A model generated the notes under the pieces. The model had not been told where the DNA came from. It did no database searches and saw only the letters and a program-made list of their open reading frames with translations. DNA of 64,000 nucleotides from Macrostomum lignano (lineage: Eukaryota). Location: NCBI GenBank assembly GCA_002269645.1, contig NIVC01001027.1, forward strand, positions 8,352 to 72,351. The letters are read 5' to 3'. Position 1 is the stretch's first letter, and every line of letters starts with the position of its first letter. Below are positions 20,973 through 33,750 of the stretch, one piece after another. The translations under genes were made by a program, and so were the position numbers.

Positions 20973-23900
20973 TCAAACAGTCTTGGGCTGGGCATTGTCT
21001 CCGCTTCCCTGGTCAGCCGGGCCGCCAGTGGAGCGTATCGGGGTGCTGGCAGGAGTTCTCAGACTGCGCAAGTCGTCGTCAGCCTCTTGACTGGCCGTCG
21101 GCGCCTGCATCCGGCGCATCGGCAGAGACGAGTCCGGCCGGCCCTGCGGCTGCAGAGCAATGTCCGGCACGTCCTCCATCTGGTCGAGATCCTCCAGCTC
21201 GCTGAGTCTGAGGTGAGCGGCTGCTTCATCATCTACAGCGGCAGTCTTGGCTCCGTTCTCCTGCTGCACACCGGAGGATGTCAGCCGCATGGTGGCGGCC
21301 GCAGCCTGTCGACGCGATGACGAATTGCCGATGCTGCCAGGAGGCAGGTTGCTGGTCATAGCGTCGCAGGTGTCAAAGACCAGGTTCTGGGAGAGTATCA
21401 AGGTGGGATTAAGAGGGATATATATTTTTAATGTTTGAGGTTAGTGATAGTCTTAAAGGTGAGCTTGGGAACTTGGTTTCATTTTTAAGACAAGATTGAT
21501 GAGAGTCTTAGGGTTTGTTTGATGAGAGATTCTTAGTGTGAGATTGGTAACATTTTTGAGATGAGGCTCTTAGGGTGAGATTGGTGAGACTCTTATGGTA
21601 AGATCGGTAAGAATCCTAGGGTGCGAATAGTGAGATTCTTAAGGAGAGATTTGCGAGATTCTCAGGGTGAGATTGGTGTGAGATTTTTAGGGTAAGATTG
21701 ATGAGATTCTTAGGGTGAGATTAGTGAGATTCTTAGGGTGAGATTGGCGAAAATCTTAGGGTGGGATTGATGAGATTTTTAAGGTTAAGATGGGTGAGAA
21801 TCTTAGGGTGAGATTGGTGTGAGATTCTTACGGTGATATTGGTGAGTTTCTTAGTGTGAGATTTTTAGGGCAATATTGACGCGAGACACTATTAGAGAGT
21901 TCCCAACACGAGAGCAACCCGAAAAAAATATGAATGTCATAAACAACACTGCTAACCTTCAAGTCGTCAGTCATGAACTGCTCCCGGCCTGGCGAGCCAT
22001 CGTTGGTGCCCAAATCGTAGGAAAAGCAGATGAAAATGGCGTCTATAACGAACTGAAAAAGTTGGAGTACAGAAGGAACGCAAGAAGGAACTAGCGAAGT
22101 TAAAAATTGCCGCATAAAAAGTTATAACACAAAACATTTAACAAGACTTGGACTCACCTCGAACACGGACAGAAAGCAGTGAGCCACCAGGAATGCAAAA
22201 GTGGCCACCAATACAATTGGTAATGGAAAAAATCTGATGCTTTTGTCCGACCATTTCAACTGCAATGTGAAATAATTAGTAAATTTATTTCTAATAGACG
22301 TTGTTAGGCCAAACCCCCACTATCCAAAATGCTCTGGGGGTCCAAAATCACACAGGCCTCGAAAATCCCCCAGACCTCTAAAACCTCCCAGGTCTCCAAA
22401 TCTCGCAAGCCTTTGGAGTCCCAAAGGCCTCTAAAATCCCCCAGGCCTCCTAATCCCACTGGCCTCTCCAAAATCACTCGCCCTAAAATCCCAAAGGCCT
22501 CCAAAATCCCCCAAAGCCTCTAAAATCCCATAGGCCTCCAAAACCCCACAGGCCTCCCAAATCTCACAGGCCTCCAAATCCCACAGGCTTCCAAAATCCC
22601 ACAGACCTCCCAAATCCCACAGGCTTCCAAAATCCCACAGACCTCCCAAATCCCACAGGCTTCCAAAATCCCACAGACCTCCCAAATCCCACAGGCTACC
22701 AAAATCCCACAGACCTCCTAAATCCCACAGGCTACCAAAATCCCACAGACCTCCCAAATCCCACAGGCTTCCAAAATCCCACAGGCCTCCCAAATCCCAC
22801 AGGCTTCCAAAACCCCACAGGCCTCCCAAATCCCACAAGCTTCCAAAATCCCACAGGCCTCCCCAATCCCACAGGCCTCCAAAACCCCACAGGCCTCCCC
22901 AGTCCGCACCATCAGCAGCACAGTGCAGACAATGGTGCAGGCAGCCGACACAGCCAGTTTAGCTGTCAGCAGTACAAAATCGCCGGCAGAATTGAGCGCG
23001 GCCAAGCGCAGCGAGGCGTGCTTGTTGCCAAGCAGATCCGAGGCGGCGCCGGCAGCCGACCAGAACGGCTCGCCGGTGAGCGCAGCGGCAGCCAAAGCGG
23101 ATTTGTTTAATCGGCGACATCTGACGCAGCAGGCGTCCGAGCCGCCGCAGGCTTTCTGATTGCGCAACCGCTTGTGAAACCAGCTCAGCGCCCAGCGGGG
23201 CAGGCGGGTGACTGCGATGACAAGCGAGCCAATGGCTACCGTGCCTGCGGATCAAGGATTAAGGGGTGATTTTTTACTAGGGATGTTGGCTGGGCATTTT
23301 TATGACGATTAATCAACTGATTAACTGGAATTAGGATCAGAGTCGATCAGCTGATATGGGGATCAGAGGCGATCAGCTGATATGGGGATCAGAGTCGATC
23401 AGCTGATATGGGGATCAGAGGCGATCAGCTGATATGGGGATCAGAGGCGATCAGCTGATATGGGGATCAGAGCCGATCAGCTGATATGGGGATCAGAGCC
23501 GATCAGCTGATATGGGGATCAGAGGCGATCAGCTGATATGGGGATCAGAGTCGATCAGCTGAATATGGGGATTATGGGCGATCAGCTGATATGGGGATCA
23601 GAGTCGATCAGCTGATATGGGGACCAGAGGCGATCAGCTGATATGGGGATCAGAGGCGATCAGCTGATATGGGGATCAGAGGCGATCAGCTGATATGGGG
23701 ATCAGAGTCGATCAGCTGAATATGGGGATTATGGGCGATCAGCTGATATGGCGATCAGAGGCGATCAGCTGATATGGGGATCAGAGGCGATCAGCTGATT
23801 TGGGGATCAGAGGCGATCAGCTGATATGGGGATCAGAGGCGATCAGCTGATTTGGGGATCAGAAGCGATCAGCTGATATGGGGATCAGAGGCGATCAGCT

Positions 23901-26900
23901 GATATGGGGATCAGAGGCGATCAGCTGATATGGGGATCAGAGGCGATCAGCTGATATGGGGATCAGAGGCGATCAGCTGATATGGGGATCAGAGCCAATC
24001 AGCTGATATGGGGATCAAAGGCGATCAGCTGATATGGGGATCAGAGCCAATCAACTGATATGGGGATCAGAGTCGATCAGCTGATATGGGGATCAGAGCC
24101 AATCAGCTGATATGGGGATCAGAGGCGATCAGCTGATATGGGGATCAGAGTCGATCAGCTGAATATGGGGATTATGGGCGATCAGCTGATATGGCGATCA
24201 GAGGCGATCAGCTGATTTGGGGATCAGAGGCGATCAGCTGATTTGGGGATCAGAGGCGATCAGCTGATTTGGGGATCAGAGGCGATCAGCTAATTTGGGG
24301 ATCAGAGGCGATCAGCTGATATGGGGATCAGAGTCGATCAGCTGATATGGGGATTATGGGCGACCAGCTGATTTGGGGATCAGTGGCGATCAGCTGATAT
24401 GGGGATCAGAGGCGATCAGCTGATTTGGGGATCAGAGGCGATCAGCTGATATGGGGATCAGAGGCGATCAGCTGATATGGGGATCAGAGGCAATCAGCTG
24501 ATATGGGGATCAGAGGCGATCAGCTGATATGGGGATCAGAGGCGATCAGCTGATTTGGGGATCAGAGGCGATCAGCTGATATGGGGATCAGAGGCGATCA
24601 GCTGATATGGGGATCAGAGGCAATCAGCTGATATGGGGATCAGAGGCGATCAGCTGATATGGGGATCAGAGGCGATCAGTTGATATGGGGATCAGAGCCG
24701 ATTAGCTGATATGGGGATCAGAGCCAATCAGCTGATATGGGGATCAGAGGCGATCAGCTGATATGGGAATCAGAGGCGATCAGCTGATATGGGGATTAGG
24801 GGCGATCAGCTGATATGGGGATCAGAGTCGATTAGCTGATATGGGGATCAGAGGCGATCAGCTGATATGGGATCACCGGATCAGAGACGATCAGCTGATA
24901 TGGGGATCAGAGGCGATCAGCTGATATGGGGACCAGAGGCGATCAGCTGATATGGGGATCAGAGGCGATCAGCTGATATGGGGATCAGAGGCGATCAGCT
25001 GATATGGGGATCAGAGACGATCAGCTGATATTGGGATCAGAGACGATCAGCTGATATGGGGATTAGGGGCGATCAGCTGATATGGGGATCAGAGGCGATC
25101 AGCTGATTTGGGGATCAGAGGCGATCAGCTGATATGGGGATTAGGGGCGATCAGCTGATATGGGAATCAGAGGCGATCAGCTGATATGGGGATTAGGGGC
25201 GATAAGCGCGTGCAGTGGAGGCTCAACAAAGCTCACCCAGCCGACGCCACACCAGATCGGCCAGAGCCCCGGCCACCGGCCATTTGGCGCTGTGCCGTTC
25301 GTCCCGATAATACCAGCCGCAGGCGACTCGGCCGAGCACGTACTGCTGACAGGCCAGAGCAAACTCTCCAACCCACAGCAAACCGGCCACGTGATAAATC
25401 CACAGCCAGGACACCCATGACGGCCGGTCCATGGCCAGACAGGGCTCAATAGGCTCCCTGATCAGACTGTTATTCATAGTGATGCTGGGAATCATTCTCG
25501 GCTCGCTGCGAGGCAGAGCGGACGTAGAAATGTAGGCCAGAGTCCACAGCCAGAGAGCGAACAGGCTGCCTAGCAACAGGCAGGTGACAATTGGCAGGGC
25601 GCACAGCTGCGGCACTGACCCAACGCACTTGGCGGCTTGAACGAATAGAGGGCCAACATAGCGGGCTCTGGAACAGACCACGCACAGGCAGAACAGCAGG
25701 ACAAGCAGCAGCACTGTGCTCACGATTGACAGCACCAGGAATGCGTCCTCGTTTTGAGTCTCCAAGTCTAGCAGGGGGAAATTCCTGCGGTCAGCAATTG
25801 TGGGTAGCATTGGGTAGGCAGCAATGTCAAAATAGTATATTAGCCCAGCAACTGGGGATCTGGAAGGCTGGCCCAGCAACTGGGGATCTGGGAGGCTGGC
25901 CCAGAAACTGGGGATCTGGAAGGCTGGCCCAGCAACTGGGGATCTGGGAGGCTGGCCCAGAAACTGGGGATCTGGAAGGCTGGCCCAGCAACTGGGGATC
26001 TGGGAGGCTGGCCCAGCAACTGGGGATCTGGGAGGCTGGCCCAGCAACTGGGGATCTGGGAGGCTGGTGGCCCAGCAACTGGGGATCTGGAAGGCTGGCC
26101 CAGCAACTGGGGATCTGGGAGGCTGGTGGCCCAGCAACTGAGGATCTGGGAGTCTGGCTCTTCAACTGAGGATCGAGGAAGCAGGGTTAGCAGGCTACCC
26201 AGCCAAAAGTAACCTTATTAGCTTACACAGCCTCCTTGGCATCCAGCTGGCTCTTCTGGTCGGCGAACACCCACCAGAGCAGTGCGGTGGCGCTGCTGCA
26301 CAGGCAGGCGCAGCTGACCAGCATAGCGTGCCCGGCCAGGCGAGGAAAGATTCGAACCCCGGCCACTAGCGAGCCAGACAGAAGGCCGCTCAGAACGAAA
26401 ATGTAGATGAGTAGTGACCACACAGAGTACAGGTCCGATAAGAGCAGGGAGAATATTGGAGTCAGATTGAGGTAGCCATAAATGTTGTTCAGCTTCCATC
26501 TGCGGATTGGAATTAGGTAAGATAATAAGATAAGAAAATATTGATTTGTATTTTGGGCGTTTGGGGAATTCAGCTGGCTATGATGGAGATCAGGATTCTG
26601 GGAGTTTTGGGATTTTTCAGCTGGCTATGATGGAGATCAGGATTCTGGGCGTTTTGGGATTTTTTTCAGCTGACTATGATGGAGATCAGGATTCTGGGCG
26701 TTTTGGGATTTCTAAAGCTGGCTATGATGGAGATCAGAATTCTGGGCGTTTTGGGATTTCTACAGCTGGCTATGATGGAGATCAGGATTCTGGGCATTTT
26801 GGGATTTCTACAGCTGGCTATGATGGAGATCAGGATTCTGGGCATTTTGGGATTTCTACAGCTGGCTATGATGGAGATCAGGATTCTGAGCGTTTTAGGA

Positions 26901-29347
26901 TATTTTCACGTGGCTATGATGGAGATTAAGATTCTGGGCGTTTTGGGATTTCTACAGGGTCAATTAATAATTTGAAATACCTTATATTCACTGATTCAAC
27001 TATGCTAATTGAATGCTATTTTAATACTAGCTAAATGATTATACACACATAAATAGATATAGCAATAGCAATAACAATAGAGACGCACAGTCAAGGTCAA
27101 ACTCCAAGCTTTAAGGAATAAATTTTCCAGGAATCTTCTCTCAAAGCAATTTCTAGGAATCTTCTCCCAAAGCAATTTCCAGTAATCTTCTCCCGAAGCA
27201 ATTTCTAGGAATCTTCTCCCGAAGCAATTTCCAGTAATCTTCTCCCGAAGCAATTTCTAGGAATCTTCTCCCGAAGCAATTTCTAGGAATCTTCTCCCGA
27301 AGCAATTTCCAGGAATCTTCTCCCGAAGCAATTTCTAGGAATCTTCTCCCGATAGATCTTCTCTCTCATCTAGGAATCTTCTCTCACATAAATAGATATA
27401 GCAATAGCAATAGCAATAGAGACGCACAGTCAAGGTCAAACTCCAAGCTTTAAGGAATAAATTTTCCAGGAATCTTCTCTCAAAGCAATTTCTTGGAATC
27501 TTCTCTCAAAGCAATTTCTTGGAATCTTCTCTCAAAGCAATTTCTTGGAATCTTCTCTCAAAGCAATTTCTTGGAATCTTCTCTCAAAGCAATTTCTTGG
27601 AATCTTCTCTCAAAGCAATTTCTTGGAATCTTCTTTCAAAGCTATTTCCAGGAATCTTCTTTCAAAGCAATTTCCAGGAATCCTCTCTCAAACGCAAGTT
27701 GTTACAACAGTCACCTGAGAAAAATTTCGACTTTTACGAGTGTAGCATCCTCAATAGTGAAATAAAGATTAAAAAATCACCTGTTGACAGTATCATTCGG
27801 CAATATATTAGACCGAATTCCTGCCGTGATGCAGCGGCCATAAACAGGCTCCATACGACTAATTGGCGTGTCGGGACAGGGGCCGGTGAACTTGTTCTGA
27901 TGCGTGGCATTTGCCGATAGCAGAGGGAAATCGTAGCTGCAATAGTTGATCTTATCGCGTAGAAATACCTGTAATGTGCGGAAAAAGACCGTCGCATAGT
28001 GTACAGGTGCATTACGTGATCCTAGCAGTGACTTACAAAATCAAAACTAAAGAAATGGGTAAACAGGCGATTCTAGGAAGCATGGAGCGATTCCAAGAAG
28101 TTATACAGATGTGATTCTAAGAATGATCTAAGAACGATTCTAAGAATGATCTAAGGATGATTCTAAGAATGATCTAAGGACGATTCTAAGAATGATCTAA
28201 GAACGATTCTAAGAATGGTCTAAGGACGATTCTAAGAATGATCTAAGGACGATTCTAAGAATGATCTAAGAACGATTCTAAGAATGGTCTAAGGACGATT
28301 CTAAGAATGATCTAAGGACGATTTTAAGAATGATCTAAGGACGATTCTAAGAATGATCTAAGGACGATTCTAAGAATGATCTAGGGACGAATCTAGAATG
28401 ATCTAAGGACGAGTCTAAGAATGATCTAGGGACGAATCTAAGAATGATCTAAGGAAGATTCTAAGAATGATCTAGGAACGTTTTTAAGAATGATCTAGGG
28501 ACGATTCTAAGGATAATCTAGAGACGATTCTAGGCATGAACTAAAAGGATTCTCAGAATGCTCTAGGTATTCTTATAAGAATGATCTAATCTAGGGAGTA
28601 TTTTATGAACGATCTAGGTACAATTCTAAGGATTATCTTGAGACGATTTTAAAAATCATCTAGAGACGATTCTAAGAATAACCTAGAGACGATTTTAAAA
28701 ATGATCTAGAGACGATTCTAAGAATGATCTAGAGATTATTTTAAGAATTTTTTGGGACATAGATACAATTTTAGGAATAATCTAGGGACAATTCTAAGAA
28801 TTTAGGACGATTCTAATAGTTATCTAGACACATCGAAGATCTATAGACAGTGAGAGTAAGAATGATCAATGGCCTAAGGCTAGTTAATAGCGACTTAAAA
28901 TACAATAAAGTAATAAAGCGCACTAACACGCACCTGTTTCAACTCTTCCAAACTGTCTATGGGCCTATTAGGACACTGGCTGACGCACACGGACAGTGTG
29001 TTGGTGGCAAACAAGTCGCTGAAATGAAACAGATACGGCTCAGCGCGAGTGTCCCGACCGCTCAGGGGCACCCCTGGCACGCGGATATTCCTATCGCTGC
29101 CGCACGTGTTGCCATAGCAATCGAACGGGCTAAATATGCGTTGCAAATCGCCCATGCTGAAGGCGAACCCGGCGATAACTAGCAGGCCGCATAGGAAGGC
29201 GCCGAACACCAGGCACCAGGGCCAGTCGGCACAGGCTGTTTGACGCCGGCGCCGCCGATCCAGAGGATTGCGCGACTCGTTCGGGTTGCCGGCCTCGCGA
29301 TCTAGTTGGGCCCGTTCGCTGGAGCAGCCGCCGCAGGCGAGGCCCAT
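20973..29347 (-). CDS. SLC44A: Choline transporter-like protein (SLC44/CTL family), 8 exons, 789 aa
   Basis: Exons 29347-28934, 27968-27781, 26499-26227, 25784-25237, 23244-22910, 22259-22158, 22052-21957, 21386-20973; all GT-AG with consistent phases (2370 nt). Family motifs: CADWPWCLVF, DCYGNTCG, CVSQCP, GPCP…GRC, W..EF..ACQQ, LGTVAIGSL, NSAGDFVL..K, AHCFLSVFE|FVIDAIFICF..D…NDGS. Confidence 0.93.
21480..21870. repeat. Degenerate ~23-bp minisatellite (GATTCTTAGGGTGAGATTGGTGA), CTL intron 7
   Basis: Diverged tandem units. Confidence 0.8.
22340..22900. repeat. 18-bp/36-bp dimeric minisatellite (ATCCCACAGGCTTCCAAA/ATCCCACAGACCTCCCAA), CTL intron 5
   Basis: Alternating monomers; the array begins about 8 nt after the splice donor at 22909. 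Confidence 0.93.
23335..25200. repeat. 26-bp minisatellite (GATCAGCTGATATGGGGATCAGAGGC), ~70 copies, CTL intron 4
   Basis: Homogeneous tandem array. Confidence 0.97.
25845..26165. repeat. 28-bp minisatellite (GGCTGGCCCAGCAACTGGGGATCTGGGA), CTL intron 3
   Basis: Tandem units; source of the spurious repetitive ORFs here. Confidence 0.93.
26570..26960. repeat. 48-bp minisatellite, CTL intron 2
   Basis: GCTGGCTATGATGGAGATCAGGATTCTGGGCATTTTGGGATTTCTACA, about 8 copies. Confidence 0.93.
27046..27690. repeat. 26-bp minisatellite (AGGAATCTTCTCYCRAAGCAATTTCT) inside a 339-bp segmental duplication, CTL intron 2
   Basis: Unique ~90-bp leader CACATAAATAG…GGAATAAATTTTCC at 27046 and 27385, each followed by its own array. 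Confidence 0.9.
28110..28840. repeat. 23-bp minisatellite (GATTCTAAGAATGATCTAAGGAC), CTL intron 1
   Basis: Tandem units that degenerate toward 28840. Confidence 0.92.
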
Positions 29348-29486
29348 AGTAGCGAATAATAATAATAATAATAACTACCCTTCAAAGCTTTGTTACTCAG
29401 CTAGCTGCAAATCTTTGGTCTGGTGCAACTCCCTGAAATAACAGAATGTGTGACTAAATTGCAAATTCAACAAGGACAAGCGACAA

Positions 29487-29660
29487 GGAGTGTACAGCGG
29501 CCCTAACTTTACTTATCGTTAGGCATGTACACTTCACTGTGCCTCTTGACGGGGGGGGTTGGTCCTCAAGGGCGTTAATTGCGCGAGCAGAGCCAAGCCG
29601 ATATTCCAATTTAGCCCCAAATTAATGTAACTAACTACACTTGGAATCAAGCCTGGGCCA
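29487..29660 (-). mobile_element. SINE family 2 fragment
   Basis: GGAGTGTACAGCGGCCCTAACTTTA…GCATGTACACTTCACTG…CTTGGAATCAAGCCTGGG matches the 14871-15225 copy. Confidence 0.85.
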
Positions 29661-31559
29661 CTGCCAGTACATAAGAGTATCACACTAGTTCATTAGGCTG
29701 CAGCCCTCCAAGAGTTTGTTAGTGCCAGGGTCTAGAATTAAGGTTATAAGGTTAGGGTTGATAGCCTAGCTAGTGTTTATAATGACTACAGAATAGTTAG
29801 TGTTTCTGGTTACAAAAAATGTAATGGGCAAGCAAATCTAGCATCCTTTAGACTTCTACCTTAGCTATAGACATTACTATGGAAAGTTACATATATAGGT
29901 TTTTTTACATTCCTTGTCATGCCATTTTGTTTACCAATAAGTATTAGAACAACTACAATATGTTATTTGGAAAAATATAAAAAGTGGAGTGTCTATGCTT
30001 TGTCTAGGCATAAAATTATCTTCATTGAATTGAATATACCAAAATTAAAATCTTGTACAGTTGCTTACAATTGTTATTTACTAACATTGAAATGATTTAT
30101 TAATGTGCTAATATGCCAATAAGTATAAAAATTTAGTGCATATGTTTTTAGATATAAATTAAACTTTGTGTTAGTCTTCATGAATAATTTAATTTTTTTC
30201 CCATAAAAATGGTTGTAATATAGCCTAATACAGCCTACATATATTGCATAATGTAGTTGTTTTTATGCTAGGCTTACCCTTACCTTAAAACTGTTTGCAG
30301 GGTGCTTTAATTCTATATTTCTTTGATTAATAATACTTTTGAATGTGTGCCAAAAAAACTAAGAAAAACTATTTGTTATACTGTATATATTTTCTATAAT
30401 ATTTTTGTAAATATAATTTTTTTTAAATCTACACAAATTTAGTATAAATAGAAGCATTTTTGGCAGAGGAGAGAATAACCTCGTGCATCATGGTTCAATA
30501 AAAAAGAATTTACCAACAAATAATAAGAGTTCCAAGTAAATGTTATTAAAGATTGTTTTTGGAGTTGATTTTCTTTCTAAAATGAAGTGAAGTAGATGGA
30601 AGTATATGCAGTATATACTACTGAGAAGCAGAAGTAGTGTTAGAAGACAAAGTAGATCCATATCTGTTTCAATCCATTTCAATGTGTTTTTATGCTTGAG
30701 GGCAAAAGCAGTTTATTTTTCTATCCATTTCCTTATGCTTTCAGGACAAAAGCAATGTTAATTTTTCAACTTTCTGCTCCTTATGCTTTTGGGACAAAAG
30801 CAATGTTTCAATCTCTAGCTATTCTGTTTCCTTATACTTGAGAGAGAAAAGAAGTTGTAAAATTTGTGCTCATGCTTATCCAACATGACCCGAACCTTTG
30901 CACTCTAATATTTAGCCTTAGGCTTGATGGTAAAAGCCTGTACCAATGCAACATTGATTATCTGCATGCAACACATTATTAAATTGCTTAATTGCATTTC
31001 ATTAACTTGCAGGACACCTTTTATTTGTAAACCTTTCAGCCTTGCTTATGACTGAAGGTATCTTTTAATTTTGTGAACCATTTTGGCTATGGAGCCCCCG
31101 CCATTTTGCCCCACTCAGGTCAAGTGCCCTGGTTCTAGGTCTTGTCCTCAGTGGAGGGCATCTGAGATGAACCGCCCCTATTTTTCCTTTGTTCTGATTC
31201 TGTCAAGCCTGAGAAATTTTGTTAGGGCCCCTCCCTACTTTGGCTCAGTTTCCCAGTGTTTTTGCATGCCTCTGTTGGTGTAACTCCTTATGGAGATCTA
31301 AGTTTAACCTGGTCACCTTGCCTGCGTCTATTTGCTATCCTAGCTTTTAATGAAAAGGAGCTACATTTGCCTCTTACTATTATTCTTAATTTTTTCTAAA
31401 CTACTGTTTACGCGATTGTTCAGCCCCGCCTTTTCTAATTGCCAACCTGTTTATGTGAGCCGTGTAAGGTGCCCCATTCATTCATTTTGATCTTGGACCC
31501 CTGCTATGTAGTTATCTGTTTTATGACTCCTTGATTCATGCGCCCACCCCATCTCCGTG

Positions 31560-33750
31560 TGTGCCACCTTATAGTGCACAAGGGGTGATGGCCCTTTTCA
31601 GCAGTTAAATTTTATTTCCCTTGGTTGGCTTTTAATTCCACCAAATGGATATTTTTTGTGTCATATAAGAGCCAATTTTCATTCCATTATGTTCAAGCTC
31701 TGAATTGACCTGAGTTGTTAAAAGTTTTGCTTGCGAATCACTATTTATCTACAACTATGGATTACAATGACCCTATGCTGGGTGGCGAGGAGTCTCCCCT
31801 CAGTCGAGAGATCAGAAGAGCTGAAGTGAGCACTAGTTTAGTGTTAGGTGGCCCCTTTTGTCAGCTGTGCCCTGCACCCTTCTGAGCTGTTGGCTGCCAC
31901 TGGCCGCAGCTCTCCCTCTCTCTCTCTCTCCCTCTCCCGCTCCCTTTCTCCCTCTCCATTGTCCTTTTGTCTGCCTGTGCTCCCTTTTCTGTCCCCCTTT
32001 TTCCAGTTTGTTTGCATTCCCAGTGTTTGAGCTTCTCTACTCAGCCTGTCTTTGATTCATTGTCTGTCTGGCCTCTCTCCCCCTTTTCTTGTGTGGCTGT
32101 GTTTGTTCATTCCGAGTTCAGCGCTCAGGCTATACTCTTGGTCTGGCTTGTACGATAGCAGATCACGTGCCCTAGGCACTCTGTCCTTTTCTTGTGCTGC
32201 CTTATGCAATCTTGTGTATCAGTCTCTAAATAAGGAACAGTGTCCTTGCCTCTCTGGTGGGGCTCCGCGCTTGTTTCTAAAATAGAACTGAATCATGCCA
32301 GGTTGAGGGGCGCAGTGAGAGCGGCCTTGCGCACTCTGGCACAATGGGGTGTTGCTGAAATTGATCCGCTATCCTATAAGTATGGGCCTCTTGTGCCTTA
32401 GTTTGGCAACTGCGTGCTTAACCTCTCCTTTTGCCACCCTTCGTTTATGAGTCTGGACTAAACATTGCTCTCACTTATAAGGCTCACGCAGCTCACGCTA
32501 GCTTTTTGATAACTTAACTTCTGATCCATCCTTGACTGAGTGCCTGAGTGTGAGCTAAACCCCCGGACAAGCTAACCAGAAACTAGCACAGTTCCTCCTC
32601 CCCGCACTTGAGCCCAACAGGACTGCTGACGAGGTATGCACCGGTGCGAACTATCAAATCTGCACAGCGTGCTGAGTTCTTGTGTCTCATTTATTTTGCT
32701 TAGCCCTGAGTCTCCCTTACCGAAGGACAAGATCCGAGCAAGCTGGTGGTAGCACTACCTATGCTATTGAAAGCTAAGAGAACTTCCCACTGAAGAGGCT
32801 CGAGACTTAAGGTAATCTTAAGTGCCTAAACAGGAAGCAACAACAAACATTTCACTAGTGGCAGCGGTGGGATTTTAAGACTTACCAGGCCATTGCTAGA
32901 TACTTGTAGCATCGAGCAAAGTACAGCAAGTACAACAAAAAGACACTTCAAAGCTCTTAACTGCACCAACAACTATGACGGAGAGCCCTACAACCAGGCG
33001 CTGCTTTTAAATGAGTTTGACCCACATGGCGAAGGCCCCGCTAGCCCTGCCCACTCTGGTGCCTTCTCCCGAGCTGCCTATGGCCCTGACGCCCACAAGC
33101 AGCCCCGGCTTCTGGCTGCATAGGCTTATGGATAGAATCAGTATGGTGCTAGAGTGGCATTTGACACCACCCTTCCTGCCATAAAACTAGACAAGTGGGT
33201 CTAGTCAGCCATCACTAGTGGAAGCAGCAGTTGCCAACACCCAGTCCGACCACGCACAGCACCTGGCCGAGCTGCTGCTCTGGGAATATGCCAGGGACTC
33301 AACACCTAGCAGATGAGCAACTGCCACCACTAGCGCAACTATACCCTGACCTTTGGACAGCTGGCGGTGGCCCAAGCTGTCAGAATCACTGCCAATCTTT
33401 TCTGCGAACAACTATAACAATTGGTAGGCAGCCTGCGCTACGGCACATTCTGTTTGTTAGTTGGCCTGTTTGTCAACCATGTGGCAACACTGGAGTACAG
33501 GTTAATGACCACCCTCCTCCAGCTTAGCCACCAGGCCCAAATTGCTAGTTTGCCCCCAACTGATACCAATGCCCCTGCTCGCTGAGGCCAGTTGGTGACA
33601 TGGGGCCATCAAACCTAAAGATGACCAGAGACGCTCATCAATTGCTGACTGTTCCCCTAGCACCCCCGCACTTGTGGTAGGCCAGTCTACCACTGGAGTT
33701 CAACAGCAATTGGCAACTCTGGCGAGATGTCTCCCACGGCTGATAAATTG
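31560..33750 (+). other. Possible highly decayed LTR-retroelement remnant
   Basis: TGTGCCA (31560)…TGGCACA (32343) followed by A-TGG (PBS-like position), (CT)n tract, then stop-riddled protein-like stretches. No second LTR and no recognisable domain. Confidence 0.25.
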
